Positions 20,587 through 29,770 of a stretch of DNA of 32,000 nt are shown here, in pieces; the stretch's first letter is position 1, and every line of letters begins with the position of its first letter. The position numbers were made by a program, and so were the translations under genes. The DNA is from an uncultured archaeon (lineage in GTDB: Archaea > Iainarchaeota > Iainarchaeia > Iainarchaeales > JAAZKV01). The stretch spans positions 210,001 through 242,000 of the forward strand of contig CAZKBG010000001.1 in NCBI GenBank assembly GCA_964551375.1. Direction: 5' to 3'. Under the pieces are notes generated by a model. The model had not been told where the DNA came from. It saw only the letters and a program-made list of their open reading frames with translations, and ran no database searches.

Positions 20587-20727
20587 TTACTTCTTTCCCA
20601 CAATCATTTTTGCAAGTTCCAGCTTTTCGCTGTCGCTAAGAGCGTCAAAAATCTTCTTAACAAGCCTCTTTCTCTCCGCTTTTGACAGCCCCCTAAAATA
20701 ATTAAGCGCCATTTCTTCCATCATCAT
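20587..20727 (-). CDS. Small conserved-looking protein (46 aa): MMMEEMALNYFRGLSKAERKRLVKKIFDALSDSEKLELAKMIVGKK
   Basis: Hand-translated ORF between pyrG and the eL41-like gene on the same strand; amphipathic helical pattern. Confidence 0.5.
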   Translation of the reverse strand: MMMEEMALNYFRGLSKAERKRLVKKIFDALSDSEKLELAKMIVGKK

Positions 20728-20772
20728 TAACCACCGTGCTAAAAAAACCAAAAATATACTCATTTCACTTAC

Positions 20773-22395
20773 TTAAATCTTTGTTAATGCAGCTTTGACA
20801 AGCCCAAAGAAGAGCGGAGAGGGTTTTTCAAGGCTTGATTTAAGCTCCGGATGCGCCTGTGTCGCAACAAAATAGGGGTGATTTTTTAATTCAATAAATT
20901 CAACAAGCGTTTTGTCTTCAGAAAAGCCTGAAAGGACAAGCCCTCCTCCTGAAAGGATTTTGTGATAATTTGGATTCACTTCAAATCTGTGCCTGTGCCG
21001 TTCAAAAGCAGATTTTCCATTGTATAATTTTGCGACAACGCTTGAGTCCATTAATTTTGCCTCATATTTCCCAAGCCTCATTGTTCCGCCCATATCAACA
21101 ACTTTCTTTTGAGCATCCATTAAAGTTATTACTTTATGAGAAGCATCCAGATTCATTTCAGTTGAATCAGCCCCGTTTAAATTGCATACATTTCTTGAGT
21201 ACTCTACTACCGCTGCCTGCAATCCCAGGCATATTCCAAGAAAAGGGAGATTATTTTCTCTCGCATATTTTACTAAACTAATTTTTCCTTCCCACCCTCT
21301 TGTTCCAAATCCTCCAGGAACAATTACTCCGTCAAGCCCTTTTACTAATTCGCTTACATCTTCACCCTGCTCGATTTTTTCAGAGTCAATAAAACTTATT
21401 TTTACTTTAGAATCAAGATTTGCCGCTGAATGATTGAGCGCTTCAACTATGCTTGCATAAGAATCCCCAAGCGCAGTGTACTTTCCGCATATTCCAATAT
21501 TAATTTCTTTTGCAGCAGAACCGCTTTTTGCTTCGACCATCTGCTTTGCAAGCTTTTCCCACTTAAAAATAGCGTCATCATCTTTCTTCCCAAGCTTTAA
21601 TCCAAGTTTTTCATCAAGCACTTTCAAAAAGCCCTGCTCTTTAAGCTTAAGCGGCGCGATATACACTGACTTTACATCAATTGCGGTAAAAACACTGTTT
21701 TCTTTTACATTGCAAAACAACGCAATTTTCTTTTTTGTTTTTTCAGTTAGCATTTCACTGCATCGGCAGGCAATAACATCTGGCCAGATTCCAATTTTAT
21801 TTAATTCTCTCACGCTCAACTGGGTTGGTTTTGATTTCTGCTCATGAACTCCCTCAGGAATTGGAACATAGGATAAGTGAACAAATAAAACATTCTCCCT
21901 TCCCACATCCTGAGCAAGCTCTCTCACTGCTTCAAGATAAAGAGCGTTTTCCATATCCCCAACAGTTCCTCCGATTTCAATCAGCAGAACTTCAGCTCCA
22001 GCGTCTTTTGCAACATTAAGAATCTGGCTCTTTATTTCTTCAGTAACATGAGGAACAAACTGAACTGTTTTTCCCAAATACTCCCCCTTTCTTTCCTTTT
22101 GGAGAATATTTTTGAAAACTTTTCCCATTGTAAGATTCCACGAGCCTTTAGCAGTTACTCCGAGAAATCTTTCATAGTGCCCAAAATCCATGTCGCACTC
22201 TGTTCCGTCATCAAGAACAAATACTTCGCCGTGCTCAATTGGATTCATGGTGCCGGGGTCAACATTCAAATAGCCGTCGCACTTAACCGCAGCGCACTTA
22301 TAAGACGAGGAGATCAATTTTCCAATAGAAGCCGTCAGAATTCCCTTTCCAAGTCCGGAAAGCACTCCGCCCGTTACTACAATTATCTTGGGCAT
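20773..22395 (-). CDS. pyrG: CTP synthase
   Basis: PKIIVVTGGVLSGLGKGILTASIGKLI, DPGTMNPIEHGEVFVLDDG, glutaminase GFGTRGWEGK and FLGICLGLQAAVVEYSRN. Confidence 0.98.
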   Translation of the reverse strand: MPKIIVVTGGVLSGLGKGILTASIGKLISSSYKCAAVKCDGYLNVDPGTMNPIEHGEVFVLDDGTECDMDFGHYERFLGVTAKGSWNLTMGKVFKNILQKERKGEYLGKTVQFVPHVTEEIKSQILNVAKDAGAEVLLIEIGGTVGDMENALYLEAVRELAQDVGRENVLFVHLSYVPIPEGVHEQKSKPTQLSVRELNKIGIWPDVIACRCSEMLTEKTKKKIALFCNVKENSVFTAIDVKSVYIAPLKLKEQGFLKVLDEKLGLKLGKKDDDAIFKWEKLAKQMVEAKSGSAAKEINIGICGKYTALGDSYASIVEALNHSAANLDSKVKISFIDSEKIEQGEDVSELVKGLDGVIVPGGFGTRGWEGKISLVKYARENNLPFLGICLGLQAAVVEYSRNVCNLNGADSTEMNLDASHKVITLMDAQKKVVDMGGTMRLGKYEAKLMDSSVVAKLYNGKSAFERHRHRFEVNPNYHKILSGGGLVLSGFSEDKTLVEFIELKNHPYFVATQAHPELKSSLEKPSPLFFGLVKAALTKI

Positions 22396-22588
22396 TTGAA
22401 ATTAGGGTTGATTCTAGTATAAAAGGATTCACTTATCCATTAAAAATTTGGACAGGAATTTTTAGCTTAAATTTAAAATAAAAATCGCTAAGAAAAAATG
22501 GAATTCTCATTTAATCTTAGCATTTTACTGAAACCTATTATCAGCGCAGTTCATTTTGCCTACTAACCGGTATTTTAGCGCAAAACAT

Positions 22589-22783
22589 TCACTGCTTGAA
22601 ATACATGTACGCCATGAATATCGCTGACAGGGCTACAAGCACATACACGATATTCTCGAGTATTGACACCGAGCCGAAGATTAGCTTCACTAGGTTCATG
22701 TTGAATGCATATAGACCCCAGTTGATTCCACCAATTATCACTAGGATTGCTGCTATTATTTCAATTGCGTTTTTTTCTGCCAT
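22589..22783 (-). CDS. DUF378-like small membrane protein (64 aa, MAEKNAIEIIAAILVIIGGINWGLYAFNMN...)
   Basis: GGINWGL motif and two TM helices. Start re-assigned from the ORF-track start at 22903 because GAGGTGA lies just upstream of 22783. Confidence 0.8.
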   Translation of the reverse strand: MAEKNAIEIIAAILVIIGGINWGLYAFNMNLVKLIFGSVSILENIVYVLVALSAIFMAYMYFKQ

Positions 22784-22935
22784 ACAGTTCACCTCGATTA
22801 GCGCATTTACCTGCGCACTGTGGTAAATTGATACTTGCACTTCAAAATTTATATATTGAAAAGAAGTTTTGGAGAATTTAGCTAAAATTATCACAATAAA
22901 CAAATGATTATAAATTCATATGTTCTACTTTTATA

Positions 22936-23325
22936 ATGCAGTTAAAACAAGCAATAATTATAATCACATTGGCAGCAACTGCATTGCTTTTATTTGGATG
23001 CACCCAGCAAAGCTCGGACACCAAGGGCAATCAGGCGCAGGGAAATCTCACACCATCTCCAACCGACCAGAATTCTGCTCTTGTGATAATAACACTCAGC
23101 GATGTGTCAAAACACAATACTTCAAGCGACTGCTGGACAATAGTGAACGGCAAAGCATATGATGTTACAGTTTATCTTCCTACCCACCCTGCAGGAAGCG
23201 CGCCAATATCCTGCGGAGGAGATTCAACAGCAAATTTCTCAACAAGAATGGGACAAGGGCCCCACCCTCAAAAAGCAACTGATAACCTCGCAAAAATGTA
23301 CAAAGGGCAGTTAGTTGCTGAATAA
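22936..23325 (+). CDS. Cytochrome b5-like heme-binding lipoprotein, 129 aa
   Basis: Lipobox LLLFGCTQQ; ITLSDVSKHNTSSDCWTIVNGKAYDVTVYLPTHPAGSAPISCGGD...HPQKATDNLAKMYKGQL. Confidence 0.8.
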   Translation: MQLKQAIIIITLAATALLLFGCTQQSSDTKGNQAQGNLTPSPTDQNSALVIITLSDVSKHNTSSDCWTIVNGKAYDVTVYLPTHPAGSAPISCGGDSTANFSTRMGQGPHPQKATDNLAKMYKGQLVAE

Positions 23326-23376
23326 TTATAATAAAAATAGAAGGCACAAGAGATTAATATTAATACAAGAGTAAAT

Positions 23377-23913
23377 GTGATTTTTATGGATAAAAGAATT
23401 ATCTTATCAGCGACTATTATTCTATTCGCATTACTTATATTTGGATGCACGCAGACACAAACTCAAAACCAGGCGACTCCAAACACTCAAACTCAAACAA
23501 TACAAAACAATGGACAGCCAGATTATAACCCAAACAGCGCGCCCCAAATCAACGATATAAATTCGGACGCAAATACGAATAAGGATATTTTGCCTGCTCA
23601 AACTGACACTAATAATCAAGGCGTACTAAACCCAGCGGACACAAACACCCCTGCAGAAGCGGCTCCACCGCAACAAGTGGCAGTGTCAATCCAGAATTTT
23701 GAATTCAGCCCGAATACAATTACTGTTAAAGTAGGAACAACTGTTACATGGACTAATAATGATTCGGCACAGCATACAGTAACCGGCGGCGCATTAGATT
23801 CACCTACTTTAAACCAAGGACAAACATATTCACACACTTTCACCCAAGCAGGAACGAGCGATTACATTTGCATATTCCACCAATCAATGAGGGGAAAAGT
23901 AATTGTTGAGTAA
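23377..23913 (+). CDS. Cupredoxin (plastocyanin/azurin-like) lipoprotein, 178 aa
   Basis: Lipobox LLIFGCTQT; Q/N/T/P-rich linker; C-terminal FEFSPNTITVKVGTTVTWTNNDSAQHTVTGG...AGTSDYICIFHQSMRGKVIVE with His/Cys/His/Met ligands. Confidence 0.93.
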   Translation: MIFMDKRIILSATIILFALLIFGCTQTQTQNQATPNTQTQTIQNNGQPDYNPNSAPQINDINSDANTNKDILPAQTDTNNQGVLNPADTNTPAEAAPPQQVAVSIQNFEFSPNTITVKVGTTVTWTNNDSAQHTVTGGALDSPTLNQGQTYSHTFTQAGTSDYICIFHQSMRGKVIVE

Positions 23914-23985
23914 TTAATAGTTCAAATTATCCGCCACCGCAAAGCTATTTAACTCCAAAAACCTAACTCAAATGGTGAATAAATT

Positions 23986-24204
23986 ATGTTTCAAGAAATA
24001 AGCTATTCGATGATTTTTGGAAAACCACTAATATTGTGGCTCGGAGTGACGACATTAATTCTTCTGATAGCTACTGCAAAAATAGGGTACCTGCACTTCA
24101 AGGGAAATCCGCACGTAAAATTCGCATGGCACAAATATCTTGCAATAGTTTTGGTAATAATCGCAGTAATACACGGAGCTCTTGGAATACTCGCATATTT
24201 CTAA
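23986..24204 (+). CDS. Small two-TM membrane protein with candidate heme-ligand histidines, 72 aa
   Basis: KIGYLHFKGNPHVKFAWHKYLAIVLVIIAVIHGALGIL. Confidence 0.65.
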   Translation: MFQEISYSMIFGKPLILWLGVTTLILLIATAKIGYLHFKGNPHVKFAWHKYLAIVLVIIAVIHGALGILAYF

Positions 24205-24318
24205 AAAGATTAGTCTCAAAAACAAACTAAATTCTAAAAATAGCCAAACTTCTAAAAGAACAAATTCAAATCTTCACTTTTAGAAAAAGTTAAATACTAG
24301 ACAAATCATACTAAAAGC

Positions 24319-24987
24319 ATGGGACAAAACAGCATCTATATTTTCCGACACGGACAGACAACATTTAACCGAGACGGAAGATTTACTGGATTTAAAAATC
24401 CCAAACTCACAAAACTCGGAATAAAGCAGGCAAGAATTGTTGCAAAAAAGTTAGCTCACAAAAAATTCACAGTTGCAATTCACACAAGACTTGTCCGCTC
24501 AAAACAAACATTAAATGAAGTTCTTGCTTTCCACCCAGAATGCAAAACAATACTAATTGACGACAGAATGATTGAGAGAAATTACGGAAGGCTAAACGGC
24601 AAAACTCATAAAGAATTTATTAAAAAAATTGGAAAGAAAATTTACCAGCTTGAAGTGCAGGGCGATTTGATACACGAGCTTGACCCCAAGGGCAGAAGAG
24701 AAGTTGAGAACTTTTTGGGGGAGCAGGAATACAATTTAATCCACAGAGGGTATTTTACTCCGCCGCCAGGGGGAGAAAGCTTTGCAGATGTTGAAAAAAG
24801 AGTGGGCAGATTCATAAAATACCTGATTGGATATATAAAAAAGAACAAAGTTAATGTCGCAATATCCGCGCACGGAAACTCAATAAGGTTGTTTAGAAAA
24901 ATTATGGAAGATGCGACTCCAAAAGTGGCAACTACATGGATAATTCCGTACGATAATTACTACGAGTACAAAATAAAGACCCGCTGA
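24319..24987 (+). CDS. Histidine-phosphatase-superfamily phosphoglycerate mutase (dPGM/GpmA-like), 222 aa
   Basis: IYIFRHGQTTFNRDGRFTGFKNPKLTKLG ... ERNYGRLNGKTHKE ... PPGGESFADVEKRV ... VAISAHGNSIRLF. Confidence 0.92.
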   Translation: MGQNSIYIFRHGQTTFNRDGRFTGFKNPKLTKLGIKQARIVAKKLAHKKFTVAIHTRLVRSKQTLNEVLAFHPECKTILIDDRMIERNYGRLNGKTHKEFIKKIGKKIYQLEVQGDLIHELDPKGRREVENFLGEQEYNLIHRGYFTPPPGGESFADVEKRVGRFIKYLIGYIKKNKVNVAISAHGNSIRLFRKIMEDATPKVATTWIIPYDNYYEYKIKTR

Positions 24988-24989
24988 AT

Positions 24990-26285
24990 TTATTTCCCAA
25001 AGCTTTTGCCGAAATATTTGGCGCTTTTTCCAATCTCTTCCTCAATTCTCAAAAGCTGATTGTACTTTGCGAGCCTTTCACTTCGGCAAGGAGCGCCTGT
25101 TTTGATTTCACCCGCGCCAAGACCCACAACTAAATCCGCAATAAACGAATCTTCAGTTTCTCCGCTTCTGTGCGAAACCATTACATTCCACCCATTTTTC
25201 TTTGCCAACTTAAACGCTTCAATCGATTCAATAACAGTCCCTATCTGATTTACTTTCAAAAGCAAAGCGTTGCAAGCTTTTTTCTCAACAGCAAGTTTTA
25301 TTCTTTTAACATTAGTGACAAGCAAATCATCGCCTACAATCTGAACTTTGCCCCCAAGCGATTTTGTCAGCTTTGCATAAGATTCAAAATCATCCTGATC
25401 AAAAGGGTCCTCAATTGAAACAATGTCATAATTTTTCACAAGCTTTGAATAATACTCAATCAGTTCGCTTCCATTCAGCCAATTTGACTTTTGACTTTTA
25501 AAAGCCAAATTATAAGATTTCTTTTTTGAGTCAAAGAACTCGCTTGCGGCAACATCCATTCCAATTCTTACTTTCCCTTTATACCCGGCTTTTTGAATTG
25601 CTTGCGTTAGTAAATCAAGAGCCTCTTTTGCATCCTTAACATTAGGCGCAAATCCCCCCTCATCGCCGGAATTAATCGCATTCTGCCCGTATTTTTCCTT
25701 AATTATCCCGCGCAAGGTGTGGAAAACTTCCGCCCCATATCTTAACCCTTCAGAAAAAGACGGAGCGCCTGTTGGAAGAATCATAAACTCCTGCATTGCA
25801 AGCTCGTTTCCCGCATGCTTTCCTCCGTTAATTACATTAAAGCTTGGAACAGGAAGAACAACATTTTTTACCCCAGCAATTTGAGCAATATGATTGTAAA
25901 TAGAATTCTTTTTCCCTTCCGCCCCGGCCTTGCACACCGCCATTGAAACGGCAAGCATTGCATTTGCCCCAAGCTTTGATTTATTTTCAGTCCCGTCAGT
26001 TTTAATCATTAGTTCATCAATTTCTTTTTGCTTTGCTGGATCCTTGTTTATTAAAAGCGGGGCAATTATTTTGTTCATATTTTCAACAGCTTTTAAAACT
26101 CCTTTCCCAGCGTATCTTTTTTTATCCCCATCTCTTAACTCAAGCGCTTCATACACTCCAGTGCTTGCTCCGCTTGGAACACTCGCCCTAAATAATCCAT
26201 TTTCAGTAATTATGTCACATTCAACAGTAGGATTTCCCCTTGAATCCAAAATCTCTCTTGCTTTAACATTCAAAATTCTTGCCAT
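24990..26285 (-). CDS. eno: Enolase
   Basis: [60 protein letters not shown]-type core, [16 protein letters not shown]. Confidence 0.98.
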   Translation of the reverse strand: MARILNVKAREILDSRGNPTVECDIITENGLFRASVPSGASTGVYEALELRDGDKKRYAGKGVLKAVENMNKIIAPLLINKDPAKQKEIDELMIKTDGTENKSKLGANAMLAVSMAVCKAGAEGKKNSIYNHIAQIAGVKNVVLPVPSFNVINGGKHAGNELAMQEFMILPTGAPSFSEGLRYGAEVFHTLRGIIKEKYGQNAINSGDEGGFAPNVKDAKEALDLLTQAIQKAGYKGKVRIGMDVAASEFFDSKKKSYNLAFKSQKSNWLNGSELIEYYSKLVKNYDIVSIEDPFDQDDFESYAKLTKSLGGKVQIVGDDLLVTNVKRIKLAVEKKACNALLLKVNQIGTVIESIEAFKLAKKNGWNVMVSHRSGETEDSFIADLVVGLGAGEIKTGAPCRSERLAKYNQLLRIEEEIGKSAKYFGKSFGK

Positions 26286-26343
26286 TTATTCACCAAAACA
26301 TTCACTTAATTTGCATTAATAAAAGCCCAAAGGGTTTATTAGT

Positions 26344-27669
26344 TTAAGGAGCACACGCTGCCGAAACAGCAGGCTTATTTGCATCCGTGCCACAAGCAAA
26401 ATATTCTGCGCAGTTTCTTGATTTTGTCCCCGTTACTGGATCACATGAAGACCAAGCCCCGCAAGCCCATAATTCATTACAAGGATGCCATGGATAAACT
26501 TGCGGATTATTAGAATCTGTTTTAAAAATTGATTCTGAACTATCCCACCATCCATCATTATCAGTATCCTTGTCAAACTGATTAGCGGTCCCATTGTCTA
26601 TAGAATATGTATAATCCCCTGCTATAAATGCCAAATTTCCATTTTTATTATTAATAAACATAATCAATCCATTTTTTTGCCCAAGAAGAAGTGTTTGATT
26701 TGCATTTTTTATTACACGGGTTAGCATCTCTCTGTTAAAATCCTTTACTTTTGGATAATAATAATCCCAAGACTGGTCACAAGTTAATTTTGGACTTAAA
26801 ACAAGGCAATTCGAATATAGGGGAACAGTAAACATGGAATCAAGCGAGGCATAATTTTTGGTTCGCATTGCTTCCCTAACATTAACAAACAAATTCCACT
26901 CGTTAGTAATATCAAATTCAGAAGTTACTGTCGTAGTAAGTGAATAACAAACCCCTAAACAGCACCGATTCCCATCGGAGGCAGTGATAAATTCGCTGCT
27001 ACAACTTTTTTCTGCAGAGCAAATCATTCCCCCATAATCCGCGCAGACTTTAGCTTCGCATTTTGTGCAGCCGCAGTACTTTCCAAGATCAGTGAATCCT
27101 TGAGTGCATTTTTGATTTTCAGCGCAAGTAACTATTCCTGTAGCGCTCTCGCAAGGAATCGGAGCAGGAGGCTTTGGAGTCGGGTCGTTCAAACAAACTC
27201 CCTTGCAGCACTTATTTGCATCAGTTGCATTAACATAATCCCCGCTGCAGTATTGAGTTGAAGTGCAACTCTCCCCTCTTTGAGCAATGCATGAGCCCGA
27301 AGGAAGATTTCCTCCAGGAGAGGAAATATTTCCAAGATTTGGAACAAATTTTTCCTCAACACTGCACACAAAACTCATGTCAGATTTATCAAAAAGAACT
27401 TTAAGCGAAGAAATAGTGTCGCTTTGCTCAACAACATAATAATCCTTCAGCGGGATTTCCTGCTTGCAGTTTTTTACCCAAAAATCAGCCTGTTCGGAAA
27501 AAGAAGCGGGTGAAAATGAAGTGATTGTCATCTTGGCATCAGGATGCGCCTGCAGATAATTCTTAATTTCAGGAGACCTCTTTGCAATATCTTCAGGATT
27601 TGTAGTACAGCCGAAAAGAAGCGCGGTTAATATCAAAAGCAAAAGAGCTAATATTAGCTTTTTCATCAA
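26344..27669 (-). CDS. Large Cys-rich predicted surface lipoprotein, 441 aa, with Ca-binding-like and TSP1-like C-terminal segments
   Basis: Lipobox LLFGCTTN; repeated Cys-rich ~C..GQ/CSA...C..G...CC.GVC blocks; DKDTDNDGWWDSSE; terminal WACGAWSSCDPVTGTKSRNCAEYFACG. Confidence 0.75.
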   Translation of the reverse strand: MMKKLILALLLLILTALLFGCTTNPEDIAKRSPEIKNYLQAHPDAKMTITSFSPASFSEQADFWVKNCKQEIPLKDYYVVEQSDTISSLKVLFDKSDMSFVCSVEEKFVPNLGNISSPGGNLPSGSCIAQRGESCTSTQYCSGDYVNATDANKCCKGVCLNDPTPKPPAPIPCESATGIVTCAENQKCTQGFTDLGKYCGCTKCEAKVCADYGGMICSAEKSCSSEFITASDGNRCCLGVCYSLTTTVTSEFDITNEWNLFVNVREAMRTKNYASLDSMFTVPLYSNCLVLSPKLTCDQSWDYYYPKVKDFNREMLTRVIKNANQTLLLGQKNGLIMFINNKNGNLAFIAGDYTYSIDNGTANQFDKDTDNDGWWDSSESIFKTDSNNPQVYPWHPCNELWACGAWSSCDPVTGTKSRNCAEYFACGTDANKPAVSAACAP

Positions 27670-27769
27670 ATCAACAAAAATAAAACACTTTTGAGATATT
27701 TAAACTAATCTTTTTAATAAAATCATCCTACTCCAAAAGGCTTAAAAATTTCAAACTCCAGTTAAATGC

Positions 27770-28180
27770 ATGTCTTTTGTTAAATGGACTGAAAAAGCAA
27801 GCGTCGGGATAAGCGAAATTGACGCACAGCATCAAAAATTCTTTGAATATGTAAACAGCTACTATGATTTATGCAACAGCAACAACTACAATCCAAAAAA
27901 AGCAAGGGAGATGATGTCTGAAATATTAAGCTATGCGCGAAAACACTTTTCCACGGAAGAAAGATACTTTGAGAAATATAATTACCCCAATATGAATGAA
28001 CATAAAGAAGAACACTTAGAACTTTTAAACAAGGCTCTAATAATATACGACTCATTTAACGGAGAAAAAGAAGGCTCATTGGCTTTTCTTGAATTTTTAA
28101 AAAACTGGCTTGAAAAACATCTAAAAGAAGAAGATAAAAAGTACGCAGAATACTTTTCAAGGCTTAAAATAAAATTCTAA
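27770..28180 (+). CDS. Bacteriohemerythrin-like O2/di-iron-binding protein, 136 aa
   Basis: SVGISEIDAQHQKFFEYVN ... ARKHFSTEERYFEKYNYPNMNEHKEEHLELL ... NWLEKHLKEEDKKYAEYF. Confidence 0.95.
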   Translation: MSFVKWTEKASVGISEIDAQHQKFFEYVNSYYDLCNSNNYNPKKAREMMSEILSYARKHFSTEERYFEKYNYPNMNEHKEEHLELLNKALIIYDSFNGEKEGSLAFLEFLKNWLEKHLKEEDKKYAEYFSRLKIKF

Positions 28181-28221
28181 AAATAAAAAAAATACTGGCT
28201 TTTTTTCTAAAAATAGCTGAT

Positions 28222-28242
28222 GTGAAGTACGCAACGTACTTC
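28222..28242. repeat. Perfect 9-bp inverted repeat with 3-nt loop (tgaagtacg-caa-cgtacttca)
   Basis: Direct reading; sits in the convergent intergenic region. Confidence 0.85.
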
Positions 28243-28316
28243 AAATCAATTAAAATTGATCCGGAAGATGCATGCCATTAAATATTTGGCATGCCAAATC
28301 CAAATCTCAAAGGCTA

Positions 28317-28661
28317 TTATTTTCCAGAAAACTTTTTTGCTTTGTCTCTGACTTTTTTTGCAACAATATCAAAACTGTTGAAGCTCTTAAGCATGCTCCA
28401 AAGTCCGACATTAATAAGCACACTTATTAAAAAAGCCAGGCCTCTGTCAAAAATCATTTCACTGGTTACATTTACAATGCTATAGTCCGCCCAAAGAGTA
28501 AAAACTCTTCTTACTCCCATTATCACAAAGGCAAACACAATAAATAGCCACCACTTTGACATTCTATCAAAACGGTAAATACTATACGCGATGTATGCCG
28601 CAGAAAGCTGGAAGACTATGGCGAAAACCCCAAGGAACATCAAAACTGAATCAGGCATCAT
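28317..28661 (-). CDS. Multi-TM protein of unknown function, 114 aa
   Basis: Three or more hydrophobic segments then KKVRDKAKK tail; ATGA overlap with the upstream 28658-29218 gene. Confidence 0.75.
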   Translation of the reverse strand: MMPDSVLMFLGVFAIVFQLSAAYIAYSIYRFDRMSKWWLFIVFAFVIMGVRRVFTLWADYSIVNVTSEMIFDRGLAFLISVLINVGLWSMLKSFNSFDIVAKKVRDKAKKFSGK

Positions 28662-29218
28662 TTAACACCCCCTTTAATTATTGTATCAGCATAAGTCGCA
28701 ATCTCCCTTAAAATTTCTTTTTCAGAATCTGATTCAAGCGCAATTACAATTGTATTCACATCAAGCCCCCTCATTTTATTCATTACAAAGTTTGTAAATT
28801 TCGCAACAGTGTGAGCGTCATTGTACATTAGTAAAATACTAAGCGAATCAATCAAAAGCATTTTTTTGCCCTTTAACTGCTCGGTGCTTTCATGAATTGC
28901 AATGCTTATAGAAGTCAAACTCTGCATGCTTTCAAGAAAAACGCAGTTATCAATATCCTCGCTCTTTTCACCTATATTTTTTGAAATGCAGTCAACAAAA
29001 AACATTTTCTTGGTGTTGACCTTCTTTTCCTTAAGCATATTCATCAAAACCTGATACGGCTTATTGGTAGTAACATAAACTACGCTTTCTGCCTTGTGCT
29101 CGCGCAGGATTTCAATAATCCCCTCAAAGTATTTAGTAGCTGAAATCAGATGAAGCTCAATTGATGCCATGCTAAAACAACACTTTTTTTGAATATAAAC
29201 ATTTGCTAAAATGTCCAA
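28658..29218 (-). CDS. KaiC/RecA-like protein without a recognisable Walker A motif; start probably 29170 (MASIELHLIS...)
   Basis: MLLIDSLSILLMYND (Walker-B-like) and FVDCIS shared with 19621-20172; TGA overlaps the next ATG. Confidence 0.6.
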   Translation of the reverse strand: MDILANVYIQKKCCFSMASIELHLISATKYFEGIIEILREHKAESVVYVTTNKPYQVLMNMLKEKKVNTKKMFFVDCISKNIGEKSEDIDNCVFLESMQSLTSISIAIHESTEQLKGKKMLLIDSLSILLMYNDAHTVAKFTNFVMNKMRGLDVNTIVIALESDSEKEILREIATYADTIIKGGVK

Positions 29219-29275
29219 TTTTTCCAGTTTTTAGGTTTAATAAAGCTTAAATATAAATGAAGCCCTACTTATAAC

Positions 29276-29632
29276 ATGGCTGTGAAAGCTAAACCGAAAA
29301 AAGCAGTTGGAGCAAAAAAAGATGATTCAGGAAAAGCGCTGGCAGTAATTGCGCACATACTTGGATTATTCACTTCATTTGTCGGAAGCCTGATAATATA
29401 TCTGGTTGCTGAAGATTCTTTTGCAAAAGAAAATGCAAAAGAGGCGCTGAATTGGCAGATAAGCCTTGTAATCTACACAATAGTATCCGCAATACTAATT
29501 ATAGTAGTAATTGGAATTGTGCTGCTTGTAATACTTGGAATATTAAATATAGTGCTCTGCATATACGCCGCAATTAAAGCAAGCGACAATGAGACATGGA
29601 AATACCCAGCTTCAATAAGATTCATTAACTAG
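29276..29632 (+). CDS. DUF4870/Tic20-like membrane protein, 118 aa
   Basis: LAVIAHILGLFTSFVGSLIIYL...FAKENAKEALNWQISLVIYTIVSAIL...CIYAAIKASDNETWKYP. Confidence 0.88.
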   Translation: MAVKAKPKKAVGAKKDDSGKALAVIAHILGLFTSFVGSLIIYLVAEDSFAKENAKEALNWQISLVIYTIVSAILIIVVIGIVLLVILGILNIVLCIYAAIKASDNETWKYPASIRFIN

Positions 29633-29770
29633 CCATGCAGAGCATCTGTTTTGCATGGACTATGTTTTTTATTACTCTTTTGCCTCATTAATCCAAATTT
29701 GTTCGCTTAATTTATTCTCTTATCCCCAAATACTAAAAATCTTCACTGCTTAGATATGGTTTAAAGAAGA

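Noticed and set aside
20970-22422. Plus-strand ORFs opposite pyrG (103, 83, 123, 64 and 124 aa)
   Set aside because: Shadow ORFs antisense to a clear CTP synthase.
25060-26319. Plus-strand ORFs opposite enolase
   Set aside because: Shadow ORFs antisense to a well-conserved gene.
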